A stretch of 248,000 nt of DNA from Wallemia ichthyophaga EXF-994 (lineage: Eukaryota > Fungi > Basidiomycota). Below are positions 14,052 to 29,305 of this stretch, piece by piece. Position numbers and translations under genes: made by a program. The notes under the pieces are model-generated. The model searched no databases. It was not told the origin of the DNA and was given only the letters and a program-made list of their open reading frames with translations. How positions within the stretch are numbered: position 1 is the first letter of the stretch; every line of letters starts with the position of its first letter. The stretch lies in the NCBI RefSeq assembly GCF_000400465.1, contig NW_008806285.1:20001-268000 (forward strand), in the 5' to 3' direction.

Positions 14052-15087
14052 ATGGTTGGTGGAGAGTAGCAAGCCAGACAAAGCTGAGAGAGTGATAGTG
14101 CATTGTAGTTTACGCTGTCAACAGACACTCGAAATACCAGCTGTGGGTGATGCGCTTTGTGCGCTGACTTATGGCTGCTGCTGACTGACCAAGTGCACTG
14201 GCTGCGAATAGAGACGAGTGGCTTGAAAGGCCTACACAGCCAGCGAGAGTGCACAACTTCGGTGATGATTCCAAGGAGGAGTGTATATCCGGGATTGATC
14301 TGCTAATGCAGGGTACTTGGATTGGAGTGAGCAAGTCGGGCAAAATAGCAGCGCTGTGGGTAAATCTATATCTGAATAGATCTACTAACAGCGAAACAGC
14401 ACAAATTACTTTGAACCGCTCCCGAAAGACGGAAAATTGCTCAAGTCAAGGGGAGCGATAACGCGAGACTGTCTCCAGAGCGGCAGAAGCATTGAAGACG
14501 ATCTCGAAGAGGTTTCAAAAATCAAAGACGAAGTGGGGCCGTTTAACCTGTTACTCATTCAGGCCGAAAAGGGGAACGTGCGCTACGGCTACGCCACAAA
14601 CAGATCGATATCGACAAACTACCACGGAATGTTTAGCGAGGACATTGGAGGCATGTCGAATGGATATGTAGACGCCAACGACGAGATAGCCTCACAGTCA
14701 GAGTGGCACAAAGTAAAGCGCGGCAAAGAAGACCTCGACAAGTCAATTGAGCGCGATATGCAAGAGACGGAGCTACTCGATACACTCGAGAATGCTATCT
14801 CCAATGAGGTACACCCAATGCAGACAAGACAGCATTTTCAATTCAGCGCGAGAATCCCACCAATTATTATGCGTCCGGGCGCCAATCCGATTCCTGTGGA
14901 TGAAGCAAACAAAGACGATATCAAGGCGATATACGCGACGAGGCTCATCACATTTATCCTCGTCGATAACGACGGCAATGTTAAATTTATTGAAAAAGAT
15001 ATTTACCAACTACGCGGCTCAGATGTCCTCAAGGCTGATAGCCAGCGCTCTTTGTTCTTCGACAACGACCACGGTCAATCTAAATAA
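14052..15087 (+). CDS. TANGO2/NRDE family protein
   Basis: ATG-only first exon then CIVVYAV; GTWIGVSKSGKIAAL; SRG..., YATR motifs. Confidence 0.8.
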
Positions 15088-15129
15088 TTTGATTGTTTTC
15101 GTCTCCATCTGCTTATCGTGATGGGTATG

Positions 15130-18100
15130 CCAGTAGAGCACATATTGCGCAATGCCAGGCAGAGGCCACTCAACAACGACGAAGTATCTGTGGGTACCGC
15201 GGAAATGGCGAGAGATGGGTGGCTTATTCAAGTTCACGCAGCACGTTATCGCACCTATCTCTGAATTCCTATTTGAAAAGGGCAAGGAGAATGGCGAGAA
15301 GAAACCTGATTGGTTTAGCGATAAATACAACGGGAATGGTATTCTTACAGAAGCCACGGCATTTGCTACGCGTTAGTTTTGGTTTGGCGCTTGAGTTTTG
15401 ACTTAAGGAATGCTCAGGTCTATTCGCTTATTTACCACCCAAAGAGGAGCTACTGATTTACCAGGATCATCTCTTTCAACAGCTTTTTAGTAATCCTCAC
15501 AGGGTACTGGATTGGCAGCTCTGCAAGCTACAGGCTCGATACATGTGAGTATTGTGCATTTACTTGCAGTAAACCGTAACACTAACACTCTCCAGCTACT
15601 TCCGCAATATCAGCGACAAGAAGCTGAATAGCTTCTTTTCAAACATCTACCGATGGGAAGCTCAAGCTTATCAACCACTTCTCTCCGAAACAGCTTCTCC
15701 ACTCATCAGCTTAGACAACATTAACCAATCACTATACCACATGTGCATCTTGCATCCTGAATTTTTCTTCATGGGAGAAGTCATCAGCGTTATGCTCCCG
15801 AAACTTCAAGGCGATGTCGGTTTCATGGACCACCTCCCACCCCCACCGACGATCCTCGCATTGACAGCATCTGACAATGAAGACGTCAGCCAATGGGCGA
15901 ACGATATGATCGATAGACATACTTGGAAACCAATCACCAAGGAAAATGCCAAGGTGTACTTGATCATTTTTCGCAACATCCTCAAGCTTATTGTCGATAG
16001 AGAGAATGGGAATCTCGACGCTGATGGAGAGTGGCCTATACAGGATGACCCGGAAGTACTATGGACCGTCCTCGCCAAGACACTAGCCGCTATGGATTCA
16101 AGTGCCATTGAGGAAGTCAGCAGATTTTGTCCTGGGTTATTGAAAGACGTACAGAGGCACCTATGTGATGTTAGGGGTAGGACATTTACACCACTTTTGA
16201 GGTGTTTTGTCGCTCTCATATCTGTCAAACAAACATACTGGTCTGTGGACTCGTATAATGAACAGCAGAGGCAGAAAAATGACGACGAGCATTCAGTTTT
16301 ACTTCTGCGACTGATGAATTCAGTTTTGGATAATCCACTTTACAGGCCTCTGGTGACACAGCCTGTCACCTTCCGCCACGATGACGATATGAGTTGGCCT
16401 CTCAATTGGTGGTCGAATCTCGTTATGAATGTCGAAGATGTCCATGAGTTACATGATTCAGCCCTAAGGAGTATTGCTAGGAGAGGTTTCGAGTCCACTG
16501 GTAACGGCGGCGAGAACACCAAATACAAGTACTACGAAAATATCATTGGCGTTTTAGAGAAATGCCTAAACAAATATGAAGGAAATGAGCGAAAAATGCA
16601 ACTGGTTTTTGAAATTCTAAGCATATACAAGAATAGCTTGCTCGAGACGGCCTTTTTGTTACAAGAAGGCAACCCAGCACGTGGCAAATCACAAGAAGCC
16701 ACAAGAGGTTTGTTGCGACTGTGTCTAAGAAAAGATTGTGTTCGCCTAAAGCGCGGTTTAAATGACTTCATGGCAAAATTTACTCCATGGAAAGATTACG
16801 AGAGGCAGCGTCAGCGGAAAAAAGTACCCAAAGAACCAAAAGTAGAACTTGACACAAAGAAAACTATCATTGCGACAGAAATTTGGGCTGCAGTATACAC
16901 AGTTATTGGCCTTACGAACAATATCGATGATCAGTTTGCATGGAATTTAATCCTAACAAATTTGTCGTCGATTAGCCACCTTTCGCAGCTGGAAAATAGT
17001 CAATACGACGAAACAGTTGTTCCCGCTCGGATGAAGAACACTCTATTAACATTTAGGTCGGCGTACAACAATGCGATTAATACTATGCAATTCCAATTCA
17101 GAAAATTGGTACAGAATTATCTCGACGATTCGACACAACACCTTCAGATATTAGAACATACGCTTAAGGCTCCGAATGTGCAAATGGCAATAATGCGGTT
17201 ATACCTATCACCCAACGGAGAGATCCACGAGCCTATAATCAGTCTACTCAAGATGATTTCAGATCAAGATGAAAAATCTGAGGCTATACAATGGATGCTA
17301 TTCAAACACCCCAAGACTTTCTTAGGCGGTGTAGCTGCACAATGCAAGACATTCTTGTCGGTCGCAGATTTGCATCTCGAGGCCTTGAACTTTGCCAATT
17401 GTATATCAAATCAGAATGAAGAAATACTGCCGATGATCGCTTCTTCTTCAACCGGCTTCCTCAATCGATATGGTGGAGAACCAGCAATCAAGCAAGCTTT
17501 GCTTGAGTATTGGGTGGAGCTTTGTAGATTTACATCGTGTGTACTCAAATCGGCTCCCAAGTGGCACAGATATTGTGGCAAGGAGGAAATGATTTCATGG
17601 ATGCGTGAATCTATCACACTTGCTGGTGTTCTTCTTGATTCTGAAAAAGAGTTGCAGAGGTATATTACTTCAGTTTCTTCAAAAATGGTACGTTTTTGTG
17701 TAAGTTTCTCCTTACCACTTACACCCAATAGCTCGAACCCTTAAATGAGGTACTGGTTCAGTCTGTGGGCTGGCTCAGAGCAACAGATATGACAGTCGTA
17801 GAGTTTACCTTCAGATTTATCGACTCTACTCTTTCAGCATTTAAACAGTCGGAATGTTTACCTGCACCGAAAGCTTTGGAGATGCTGAATGTATTTCTTG
17901 ATTCTCGCGTTCTGTATCTTGGTTTCTGACCTCACAATCACAGGACTACTATCGTCAGGCAAACAAACCTGGAGGCTCTGTGATGAAGCTATCACATCTT
18001 TCGCTCAGTAAACTCAAGTACCACCTTTCTACATTCAACGATGAGAGTGATGAGGAGGATGTGCAGATCATCGATAAGAAGCCATCGCTTGGTAAATTGC

Positions 18101-21100
18101 AGAAAGCACTGGGTGTTGACAAGAAGCCTAGTCCGGCTGATTTTTTGAAGGAAAAGCAGCACGAAAGGGAGCGTCAAGAGAAAGCTAAACAGGCGGAGCA
18201 GGTAAAGAATCCATTTATGAGGAAAATTGCTGGTAAGCCACTTCTCACCGGACTCACCACAAAGAAAGGCGAAGCGCGTAAACCTTTTGTTGCTCCACAG
18301 AGGCTAACATACGGCGGTAATAAAAAGGAAGAGTCAGAATCATCCGATGATGGCGGTGACCCTGGTGGCTTGAAGGATATGGATTTGAATCCTGAGCAGG
18401 CCAAGCAGAAGATGCAAGCTGTGAAAGAGAGAAGAGGCGGTACCAAGGTTATCGATCCTCTAGTCGGAACGTCAACCAAAAAGCAACAATTGAAGAGTGA
18501 TGCGAAGCGTGATGAATCATTCCAACGCCGTCAGAGACTCGATCCTGATATCAGCGACTTACAGAAACTCCTGCTCAATGTTGACTACAACGATCCTAAC
18601 ATGAAGATCGGTTCGCTTGATCCTACACAACGGATCCCTATCGACTTCAGAAACTACACTCACTATTGGGACATAATGCGACCACTTCTATTCGAAGAGA
18701 CATCTGAGCAGCTCAAGCAAGCCAGATCGGCAGTACAAGTGGAGGAGACGGTGACTGTCTACGTTTCCGCTAAGACGTTTGTAAATGATTATGCGGAAGT
18801 TGTGTTGAATGTCAAATGCAATGCGCCATCCCAGTACTCACTGAGCGAGAATGAGCTGGTGACGCTGAGTAAAGATGATGGCATCCAGCCTGGTGCCCAA
18901 AGATCAGGAGCACCGACTGAGAATCATCCATGTCAAAATCTCATCGCTAAGGTGCAAAGTTTCAAGCGCAGACATCAAGATCTCATTGTGACAGTGTGGT
19001 TACCGCTGCGCAGATCTGCTGCTTTCCAAGATAAGCACAAGTGGAAAATGCAGAAATTCTATTCGCTCAGCACGCTATACAGAGAATATGGTGCGTTGAA
19101 AGGCTTACAGTATTACGGGCCTGTGATGAATAAGATTCTCAATCCCGTAATCAAAGATAAGTTGCAGTTAGATAGTGATACAGTTAAAAAAACGATGAAA
19201 ATGTTGGAAGTTAACGAATCACAAGCTAATGCTGTGCTTAGCGCCCTCTGTACACCTGCAGATGGCTCTTTCAGTCTCATTCAAGGTCCACCTGGTACTG
19301 GTAAATCTAAGACCATTCTGGCATTAGTTGCTCAGTTTTTGAGCATGAGACCTAAGCCTATAGTCAGCAAAGCCAACCCAAATGCGGCTGATGGCTGGGT
19401 GCCTCCAAAAATACTCCTTTGCGCACCTTCTAACGCTGCTATTGATGAAGTTGTCAATAGACTAAAAGTGCCTATTAGGGGTGTTAATGGTGACATGAAA
19501 GAAGTGAACGTAATCAGAATAGGTGCAGATTCGTCAATGTCAGTTTCTGCTAAAGAGCGCTCGCTAGAGGAGTTGGTAGATCAGCGCGTCAACTTGGATC
19601 CGACAAGTGCCAGCATGGACAATGGATCGATGGTCGGTGACTATAGAGACCAGTTGACACAGTGTAAAAACAGCATTAATGAGATCAGAAACACTATCAA
19701 CCAGAAGCAGCAGAATGAAGGGACAGCCACTCAAGGTGAGAAAGAAGAGTTGAGGAAGTTGAGCGACAAGAGGAATGAGATATCTACCAAGCTGGATAAG
19801 GCCAGAGATACGCAGAAGTCATCTGCCAAAGCTAGAGATGCATCGAGACGAACACATCGCAGAGCAGTCATGATGGAAGCTGATGTTGTATGTTCGACAT
19901 TGTCAGGTGCTGGTAAAGGAGATCTAGCTGAGTTGCCGGTTGACTTTGAGACTGTGATTATTGATGAAGCAGCACAAGCTGTTGAAGTGTCAGCGCTAAT
20001 TCCATTCAAATATGGATGTAAGAGACCGATACTAATTGGTGATCAGCATCAGTTACCTCCAACTGTAATGTCCACTGAAGCTAGCAAGAAAGGATATTCG
20101 AGGTCTTTGTTTGTCAGACTGATGGAGACTAACAAAGGATGCGTGCATTTGTTGAACGAACAATATCGTATGCATCCAGATATATCCAAACTGCCTTCAG
20201 CTGTATTCTACCAAGGTCAGTTAAAAGATGGGTTAAGGATGGCCGAGAAGACTAAGGCTCCGTGGCACGATAATGCCTTATTCGGAACTTACAGGTTCTT
20301 TGACTTCGCACAAGGTTCTGAAAGGCGCGTAGATAATTCCTACGTGAATGATGGCGAAGCAGATCTTGTCATATCGCTTTATGAGAGATTAAAGAGACAG
20401 TTTGGTGAAGAGTTTTCATTGGATTACAGAGTCGCAATTATTGCAACATACAAACAGCAAGTCTTCAATATCAAGAGAAAACTCAGGAACAGGTTTAACA
20501 ACACAGATAAAGATATCTTAGCCAAAGTTGATGTAAATACCGTCGATGGTTTCCAAGGTCAAGAGAAGAGCGTTATTATATTATCCACAGTTCGATCTTC
20601 CCAATTTGATAACGATGGCGTTTTCAAGGATCGCAGTGGAGGTCCTATCGGTTTCTTGAAAGATATGAGACGTATGAACGTTGCTTTGACTCGTGCTCAG
20701 TCGTCCTTGTTCATAGTAGGAAATGCTGACAGGCTGTCGTACGATGAAACATGGAAGAAGATTGTTGGCGATGCACAGGGTAGAAATTTACTTGAGAAAG
20801 TGAGTACATGAAGACGCTTTAATAACACTGCTAACAGTGAACAGGTAAATGCCAAGTACTTCCAACAGCCAGCGAATCATGTGGCTGCGAAAGCCAAGCA
20901 ACCTGCCAAACACCCATCAGGATTCGAGAAGGATGTTCGCAACAACGCCAAAAAGAACGATAAGGGTGAGGTTGAGCAGCAATCAATACCAGACAACCTT
21001 GTTCCAGCTAGCAATTCTCCCGTAAAGCGCAAAGCGACTGCTGAGAGTGGATCCAGCATGGCGAAAAAGATGAAAGCCGCTGAAATGAATCAAAATGACA

Positions 21101-21552
21101 GCAACGTAATAGACATTGATGGTGATCAGAATAGTGACATACCAGGTATTAGGTCAGATTCAGCAGATCAGTTGGTCAATGCACCAGTTCTTGAATCAGT
21201 AAACATGGACACCGACTCCAGCAATCGTTCCCAGTCTGTATCAGTTGAGCCTGGCAAAGGACCTCGTACAATGATGCACAATGGCACGGCGCAAGATGAT
21301 GAGCAGAAGAAAGCTATCCAGGCAGCACACAACAGGAAGAAACAAGCAGCCAAGAATAACTCTATGTTTATCAATAAGAAGAAAGTGTGTTCTGCGTTGT
21401 TAAAAATATTTTCACTAACGCTCAGTAGCCAAAGAAATGAGATAGCTAAGAAAATTACTATCAAACTTTCCAAAATTCAAAGGCATTTCATTTATGATTG
21501 GTATCATCAAGATCAGCATCAATCACATTACTACATAAAATTGGCAGCTTAG
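15130..21552 (+). CDS. SEN1: Sen1/senataxin SF1B helicase
   Basis: SLIQGPPGTGKSKT, IIDEAAQ, QYRMHPDIS, TVDGFQGQEK, RRMNVALTRA; start approximate. Confidence 0.9.
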
Positions 21553-21574
21553 CAGAAGATTGGCATAAGTTGAA

Positions 21575-22793
21575 TTAGAGACGGGCCTCAGGTCTCTTCT
21601 CACGAACTAAACCTTGCTGAGCTGTTAAAGCTACTAGTCTGCCGTCTTGTGACCAAAACTCTCCTTGCACATTTCCGCGTCCGTGTGCTGAAACTGGGCA
21701 AAAAGTCCTGTATATGAGCCACTCGCCCGCGTCGAAATTGTCGTACTTTTGTGAAAAAAATGAGCAGATGAAGCATATGAAAGTGCCACTCACAAACCAC
21801 ATGGAATGATCGAGTGAAGTAATCATGCCGAGATTTGAATACTGACGCAACCCAAGGGAGTGAGCGACCGTGTGCAGAAAGTTCAAGTCCGACATGTACG
21901 CTAATACTGCCTTTTAATCTTAAGCGCAGTTACGCGTTAAAAGCTTTACCAACCTTTTGCTTTGAATCCTTATCACCGGGTGAGCTTTTCGCTTTGATCC
22001 ACCAGCTAAACTCATTTGAAATGTTAAGGTTACCCTTTTCGTCATACTGACTGACTTTCGATGCGTCTTTTAAAGCGACATCTGACGTGCGACGTTCCTG
22101 TGTGATTTCAGTTGTGCCTAGCTAAGAGTAAACTTAAAACTGACATCTATTCTTGCTATGATGGTTTCAGACAGCTTACTGTCTAGCTTGGAATGATACT
22201 TATCCAAAAAGCGCTGCCATCTGTCTTCACTCAACTCGCATTCCTCTGGTGGAGGTATGTCGGCCGGTGGTTTGATGGAAAATTTAGGCTGAGAAGGTTC
22301 TGGCTGAGCAAAAGAAGCAGTGAGAGTGAATATGTTATTGCCATCTTGGCTGGCTCTAACGCAGTACGTCTGATAACTTTTACCTAGACGTAAAGGCTGT
22401 ACATCTATTAAGTTGATAGCCGGTGAGATTAGGTTAAGTGGGAGAAAGCTCACTCACGATAGACGACTGGCATCGTGGATTGACCAGCTAGTAGAAAATA
22501 GCAATGAAAGGAATGGAGGCCGTAACGTTCGCCGGACCTGTCTTCGGTTACGAGGGTGGCGGCTTGAATAGCTTGAGATATAACTGAACCACCGAATACA
22601 CCAACGGAGGCGGATACGGGCTTCCATAGAGGTTTCTAATTAGTAGTCAGAGGCTGTTTTTTCTAGTCGGCAAACGTACTTTTGACCGGTAGAGATAGAG
22701 GTCGATCTTTTCGAGCTGAAGACGGGGTGAATTATGCATGAGTGGGTATTAGATACGCACATCTAAATTACTGCTAATCCAATCGTTGCCCAT
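21575..22793 (-). CDS. TES1: Acyl-CoA thioesterase II (TesB-like), C-terminal ARL PTS1-like signal
   Basis: RGVFGG, GKSYQT, SLDHSMWF, VALTAQQGLVR...ARL. Confidence 0.85.
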
Positions 22794-23305
22794 GTCTTAG
22801 AAAGATGTTGAAGCGGTTGAAGCGGTTGAAGCGGTTGAGGGTGATGGCCGTAAATGACTCAAAGGAACATGTGGAGGTTGATAGCCGGTAATAACACTCG
22901 CATTGATAACCAATAGGCTGCGGAGTTGCACGATCGTATAAAGTCATAGGTACGTTCCCAAGACGCGTAGACACCCAGAAATGAAGTGACATTCTGTCAA
23001 GCGTGACATAATGAGGCATATGAGCAGTAATCAAGACAAATAAGGCAATTGGGCCAGGTGCCATGTCCACATATTGAATCAGCTGACGCCATGCATGGAA
23101 TTGACGTTGCGCACCCGCTTTGGAGGCAGTCGGCAAACGAAGCGGATGCAGGTACTAAATAAACTGCGCCAGAAAAGCTGCTTCTTCTTAGACCACCAAT
23201 TTTAAAATAATTTTGTCTGATCGAATTCCGCACTTAGTCAGGATCCCAAGCGCACGCGGCAAAGCCAGACAACACGACTTGAATTTAACGACCACATCGC
23301 AAAAT

Positions 23306-26300
23306 ATGGAAATAGCAGTTGGGATTGCGGTACATGACTTTGAGCCTTCAGAACGAGATCCATCGATACTTAGCTTCAGTAAGAATGATATCGTGCACAT
23401 ACTCAATAAGGATGCTTCCGGTTGGTGGGATTGCCAAGTCAACGGTATTAGAGGCTGGCTGCCTATGAATTACGTGACAGAGGATATCGTACGTGCTTAT
23501 ATCCCCTCTCCACTTTATACTCACATTGATACCACAGGACGCTTTCTACGGCAACAGCGAAGATGATCTCGAGACTCGTGATGCTGACAAGAAGGATCAT
23601 CTCAAAATCTCAGACGATAATCTCAACGACGACTTTCCCCACGACGATCTTAATCCGCAGTCACAGCCCAAGGATTCTCCAATTGCAGCCGTGCGGAATG
23701 CTTTGACTTTGGTGAAATCTGCTGTTATATCTAGTCACCTGTCACACCTTCAGCCAGCTACAGCTTGTGTTATATCCTCGGTTAGATCCCTTCTCGCATC
23801 CGCAGACGCTTTGAACAAGGACTCGCATAGCAACAAGATTAGCGCGTCTATCGCAGAAAACAGACGAAATCTACTGTCTCTGCTATCCAGGTTCGTCGTT
23901 CAAAGCAGATTGGTTATGAAAGAAGCTTTGCAAACCTCCAATAAGGTTTTGCTAAGCGAGGATCTCGAGGAGGTTATTCCGATGGCCGATCAAGTTTTCG
24001 TCTTGGCTGAGAATTTCGCAAATCTCTGCAAGTCGCATGGTATTAGTCTAGGCGAAGATTTCACCCCTTATTCTTCTCCGCATACATCTCAATTGCCTCA
24101 TCATGAAACCAAGTGTCAAACTGAAAACGACATCCAAATTTCAGCTATACAAAGACAATCATCTGGAATATCCAGAATGACTTCCTTTGACTCTTTCAAG
24201 AGCTCCGCAGCTCAATCCGGCGCCTCTTCAGCCGTATCTCTCGTTTTCAATACCCGTGATGCGGGTGATTATTTGACCGAGGATAATATCAAACATGAAT
24301 CCTCCGCGGATCAAACTTTTGACAAACTTCTTTACGTTATCAATGAGGCTCTCAAGTCAACTATCGCAGCAACCCTCGGACATTTACACGCCATGCCCAG
24401 TCAAAATCATGCGTCATCTAGTATCCATTTGATCGACCTACTCAAGGAGACGATAGCAATAGTAAAGCGTCTTCTGACGGTTTTACAATCAATTCAACAG
24501 AATGGTCCGCTGAATACCATCGTTCCTAGGGACGGTTCTATGTTGGATGAAACAATTAGAGACACATACCTTTCCACTGATGATTTGGTAGCAGCAGCGG
24601 AGTCTTTACTATTTAATCAACCTCAAACGACATTGATAGATAGTACGCACGAGTCAAAGAGACACCACTTACTCTCGTGTATAATGCAAATTTACAAGAT
24701 AACAACGGAAGCGTATGAGATATCTTCGAGAATGATTGAGTACGCATCAAGGGCATCTATACCATTAAAATTGAACGTAAACATGCCAAACCGCACATCT
24801 AAGACTAGTCTACAAGACATAACAAATAATGATTTCAACAAGACGTTATCACAGCAAGACACGCTGCCACAAACAGTTACAGAAGCTAGTCAAAAAGAGC
24901 TTAAGAGACGGCACAGAAGACAACAGACGTTGTCAATGTTTGATAGAAGGACTGCCAGTCTTACGAATCTCCAAGATCAATTCCAATATGACAACAGTGG
25001 CAAGGAAGAGGGTAAAGAAATATTAACGACACCCACACTCCAAGATACCTTCGATCATGATAATGAAAATGACCGACCAGAGAGCAGTGCATCACATGAT
25101 ACGACTATCTGCGCACCATATATCACTTTCACAAGTACAGAAAATATTGGCACACCAACACAGGTTGAGAACATGAAGAATATATCTCCAACTTCAGGCA
25201 CATTCACAGAACAAAGCTCATCACCACAGTGGAATAATTGGGGAAATTCAAATGTGCTGAATTTGCCCACAGGCAGTCCAGAAGCGAGCAAATCATCCAC
25301 AACGCCCGAATCGCCTGTCGGTATTGCATTACCGTTGAGCACTCCGGACGTTGCAAAGGGACATGCCGTTGGTGGCAAGATGCCTAGTTTATCAAACGCA
25401 CCTGGTAGTTTTGATTTATCCGCTCTCAGACCTAGACCGCGAGCTAGAGCTGCGACTGTTGGGACAGCCGATATTAGTCAAAATCGCTATGATGAGAAGG
25501 AAAATTCTGCAGATTCGCCAGCATTGAAGTTGTCGTTCAGTGGTACGAATCCAAGTATTAGTAATACACAAAGAGATGATCTATCGGCAGCTTCGTTGAC
25601 ATCAGGATCTGAAGCCAACGGATCTATCGCGTCGACGAGAAGCAACACGGACGATGGTTTTGGTAAGGCTGGCACGTCTACACCCGCTACTGTTCACAGC
25701 TGGGTTTTGGATGAAAAAGGCTCGATTCGCGACAAGCCCAAGTTTGATATCGGTATTGAGACGGACAGTGACGGTGAAGATGTTGATAACTTGCCTCCAT
25801 TGCCGCTAAAGCAATACAGCGGGCGTCAACGCCAGAGAGCACTCACGACATCAGCGGCTCAGCCTTCCTCGCATCGTGGTTTGCAATCGACCGTCAACTT
25901 TGGGAAATATGATATAGTCAGAGGCGGTATGAATAACAAAATCATGGGCGCAACATTACCATCACTCGTGGCAACACTCACACCACACGATGTGACGCTC
26001 GACATCAATATTTTAGAAACATTCATGATGACATTTAGGCTATTTACGACACCGATCCAATTCGCAATTGAGCTTAAAAGTCGATTCGAAAATGCCGATG
26101 ATATTGAAAATAACAGTATCAGCAATACGATCAGACTGGGAGTGTATAATCTAGCCAAATTGTGGCTTGAAGTACATTGGGTCGATCGAGAAGACTACAA
26201 TGCACTTGAGACTATAGAGGATTTGGGTGTGAATTCCAACACTATGAACACATATACCGCATCGACTGATGTCTTATTGAATCTCATTGATAGACGTCGC

Positions 26301-27566
26301 TTCGAGCATGAGCATCCAGAGTCGATGAATCACAACAACAGCTCGTACAATTCAATAAGCAATAAGACAAAGTCTAAAAGACATGATGGACAGCATTCGC
26401 TCAAGATGTTTAAGAATCTGCAATTTTCAGAGACTAGCTCGGTTATGATGAACAGATATAGCAGGAGTTCAATAGGTAGTTCGATGGATCAGATACCAGT
26501 ACCACAAATCGGCAAGACACTTTTAAATCACTTAAAGTCGCCTCAAGGGTTGACGTCAGCTCCACTACCTACGGACTTCGAGCCAATTGAAATGGCGAGG
26601 CAGTTGACAATAATGGAGAGCAGGTTGTATCAGTGCGTTACTGTCTCAGAATTACTTAGTGTCAATGAAGGCGGAAGCAATAAAAAAGGCGTAGATGCGA
26701 ATGACGTCAGACCGGCTCTAAAGGCTATGAGTGAATTCACCACCCGCGTTACAGCTTGGGTGAGCGAATCCATCCTTAGAGAGGGCGAAGCTAGAAAAAG
26801 AGTACCTCCGATCAAGTTTTGGATCAAGGTGTGCAAGGTGGGTAGGATAAAATTTGTCGAGCTGTCTGACACGATTACCAGCATTCACTTTCGCTGAACA
26901 ACTACGGACTACTTATTGCGATTGTTTGTGGCTTGACGACATCGACAATCAGTAGACTCAAGCGGACTTGGGAGGTGTGTGAGAGTGTTACAGAAATAGC
27001 ACATGCTAATATCATCATTTAGCTCGTACCCGTAAAACATCGCAATCTGCTAAACAACCTCAACACAATGGCTGCATGTGATAGGAACTATGCAGTATAC
27101 AGAGCCAAATTACGTTCAGCTCAATTACCCGCATTACCATATGTCGGGCTGTTCCTGTCAGATCTTACATTTGTGCACGTTGGTAACAAACCAACGAGAC
27201 CATCATCGATAGATGGCAGAAGACAGGTGATCAATTTTGACAAGTATGAGAAGCTCAAGAACATTATTCAAGGTGTGTTGAATAATATACCAAGTATCAG
27301 TATTAACCAGATTATTAGATTTTATGAGATTTCAAGAGCCTTTCAGGTTGACAGAAGTGCCCGAGTTCCAAACATACCTGCATAGAGCATTGACACATGT
27401 GGAAGCCAGCAACGAATCAGCACAAGATTTGTATAATAGAAGCTGTGTGCTTGAACCAAAGAACTCGAGCGTGTCAATGCAGAAAGTGAAGAGCAATACA
27501 TCGATAGATTCTCTGAGACATTCAGTAGATCGCAGGGAGTTATTTGGATGGACAAAAAGACATTAA
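23306..27566 (+). CDS. SH3-containing RasGEF (Cdc25-like)
   Basis: N-terminal SH3 (GWWDCQVNGIRGWLPMNYV), REM domain, PYVGLFLSDLTF...INFDKY. Confidence 0.88.
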
Positions 27567-27921
27567 AAAAGACATACAGTAACGACACAATTTAGAAAGG
27601 AGACATTGGAATACGATATAAATATTCCTGTACAATGACAATGCAAATGTATAATTAAATATTGAATGAAATGATTAAGAATGTGATTGATAATAAAGCT
27701 GATAAATTGTTAATAAGCATTTAAAAGTTTGTAGAATATTCGCCATCGCCATGTTTCGCCTGATCATTTTAGGAATAACAAATTGCCACAACTGAACCCA
27801 TAATTGAGGCGGTTGCTTTGGTTATCCAAGAGCCGCCACGATTTTTAGAAATTTATTTAGAGCGTCTAGAGTAGCTTTATCCTCAATACCAACATTCAAT
27901 TTTACAGCCACAACGAATATT

Positions 27922-28957
27922 ATGTCAGAGAGAGTACACAACAGAGTAGTGAGTTGTGTAGATGATAGTCACAGCAAATAGCTCATACATGCCATAGGTT
28001 ATCATTGGATCAGGTCCAGCTGGTCACACAGCAGCAGTTTACCTCGCTAGAGCAGAAATGTCACCTGTCATGTTCGAAGGAATGCTTGCGAACGGTGTGG
28101 CTCCAGGTGGTCAACTCACAACGACAACCGATGTCGAGAACTATCCAGGTTTCCCAGACGGTATTAGAGGTCCTGAGATGATGGACAAGTTTAGAGCCCA
28201 GTCTGAGAGATTCGGTACTCAGATCCACACTGAGACCATCTCCAAAGTTGATTTATCCAACAGACCTTTCAAATATTGGAGAGAGGGTTATGAGGAAGAT
28301 GGAGAAGCGTTTGAGTTGGCTGACTCTCTCATTTTAGCCACAGGTGCATCTGCCAAGCGTTTGTTCATACCTGGTGAAGAAACATATTGGCAGTCAGGTA
28401 TTTCTGCATGTGCAGTTTGCGATGGTGCAGCACCAATTTTCAGAAACAAATCTTTGGCAGTCATTGGTGGTGGTGACTCCGCAGCAGAAGAAGCTACATA
28501 CCTCACCAAATACGCTTCACATGTTCACGTCTTAGTACGCAAGTCTGAATTAAGAGCTTCAAAGATCATGGCTGCAAGATTACTCAAGCATCCTAAGGTT
28601 ACGGTTCACTGGAACACAGTCGCAACTGAAGCACTTGGTGATGGCGATTTATTGCAAGGTCTCGGCCTCAAAAACACTCAATCTGGTGAAACTAGCAAGT
28701 TGGACGTGAATGGTCTGTTCTACGCTATCGGTCACGAACCTGCCACCGAACTTGTTAGATCTCAAGTAGATACTGATAACGACGGATATGTTAAGACTGT
28801 GCCAGGTACCACCCAAACTAACATCAAGGGTATCTTCGCTGCCGGTGACGTTCAAGATAAAAAATACAGACAGGCTGTCACATCAGCTGGTTCAGGTTGT
28901 ATGGCAGCTTTGGAGTGTGAAAGACTTCTTGCAGAGGAAGAAGTTGAGGAATCATAA
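27922..28957 (+). CDS. TRR1: Thioredoxin reductase
   Basis: [38 protein letters not shown]. Confidence 0.96.
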
Positions 28958-29305
28958 AAATCATTATAGAACTCTTCTTCATATATTAATATCTAGTTCA
29001 TTCATGCTTTATGTAAATGAAAATTGATCAAAATGTTCAAGTAATTTGTTATCAATGTTTATGTATGATCGTGTATACAAGCAAGTGAGGAGTAATGTAT
29101 CCAAGTGTCCGTTTGGGTATTGCTGTGACACTGAATATACGTATATTGATTGAATGATTGTCAAGAATGACTTTAAATTTGATATTTTTTGGTATGCTCT
29201 TCTTTTAAAATGAATGAAATGAGACTGAATCGAGTGAATTTAATTGAATGACCACCTTGTTTGGTATCCGCTATTTGTTTGAAAATGCAATAATTTTGTT
29301 ATCTC

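Noticed and set aside
22806-22845. (gttgaagcg)n short tandem repeat upstream of the thioesterase
   Set aside because: Simple microsatellite with no spacers; not CRISPR-like.
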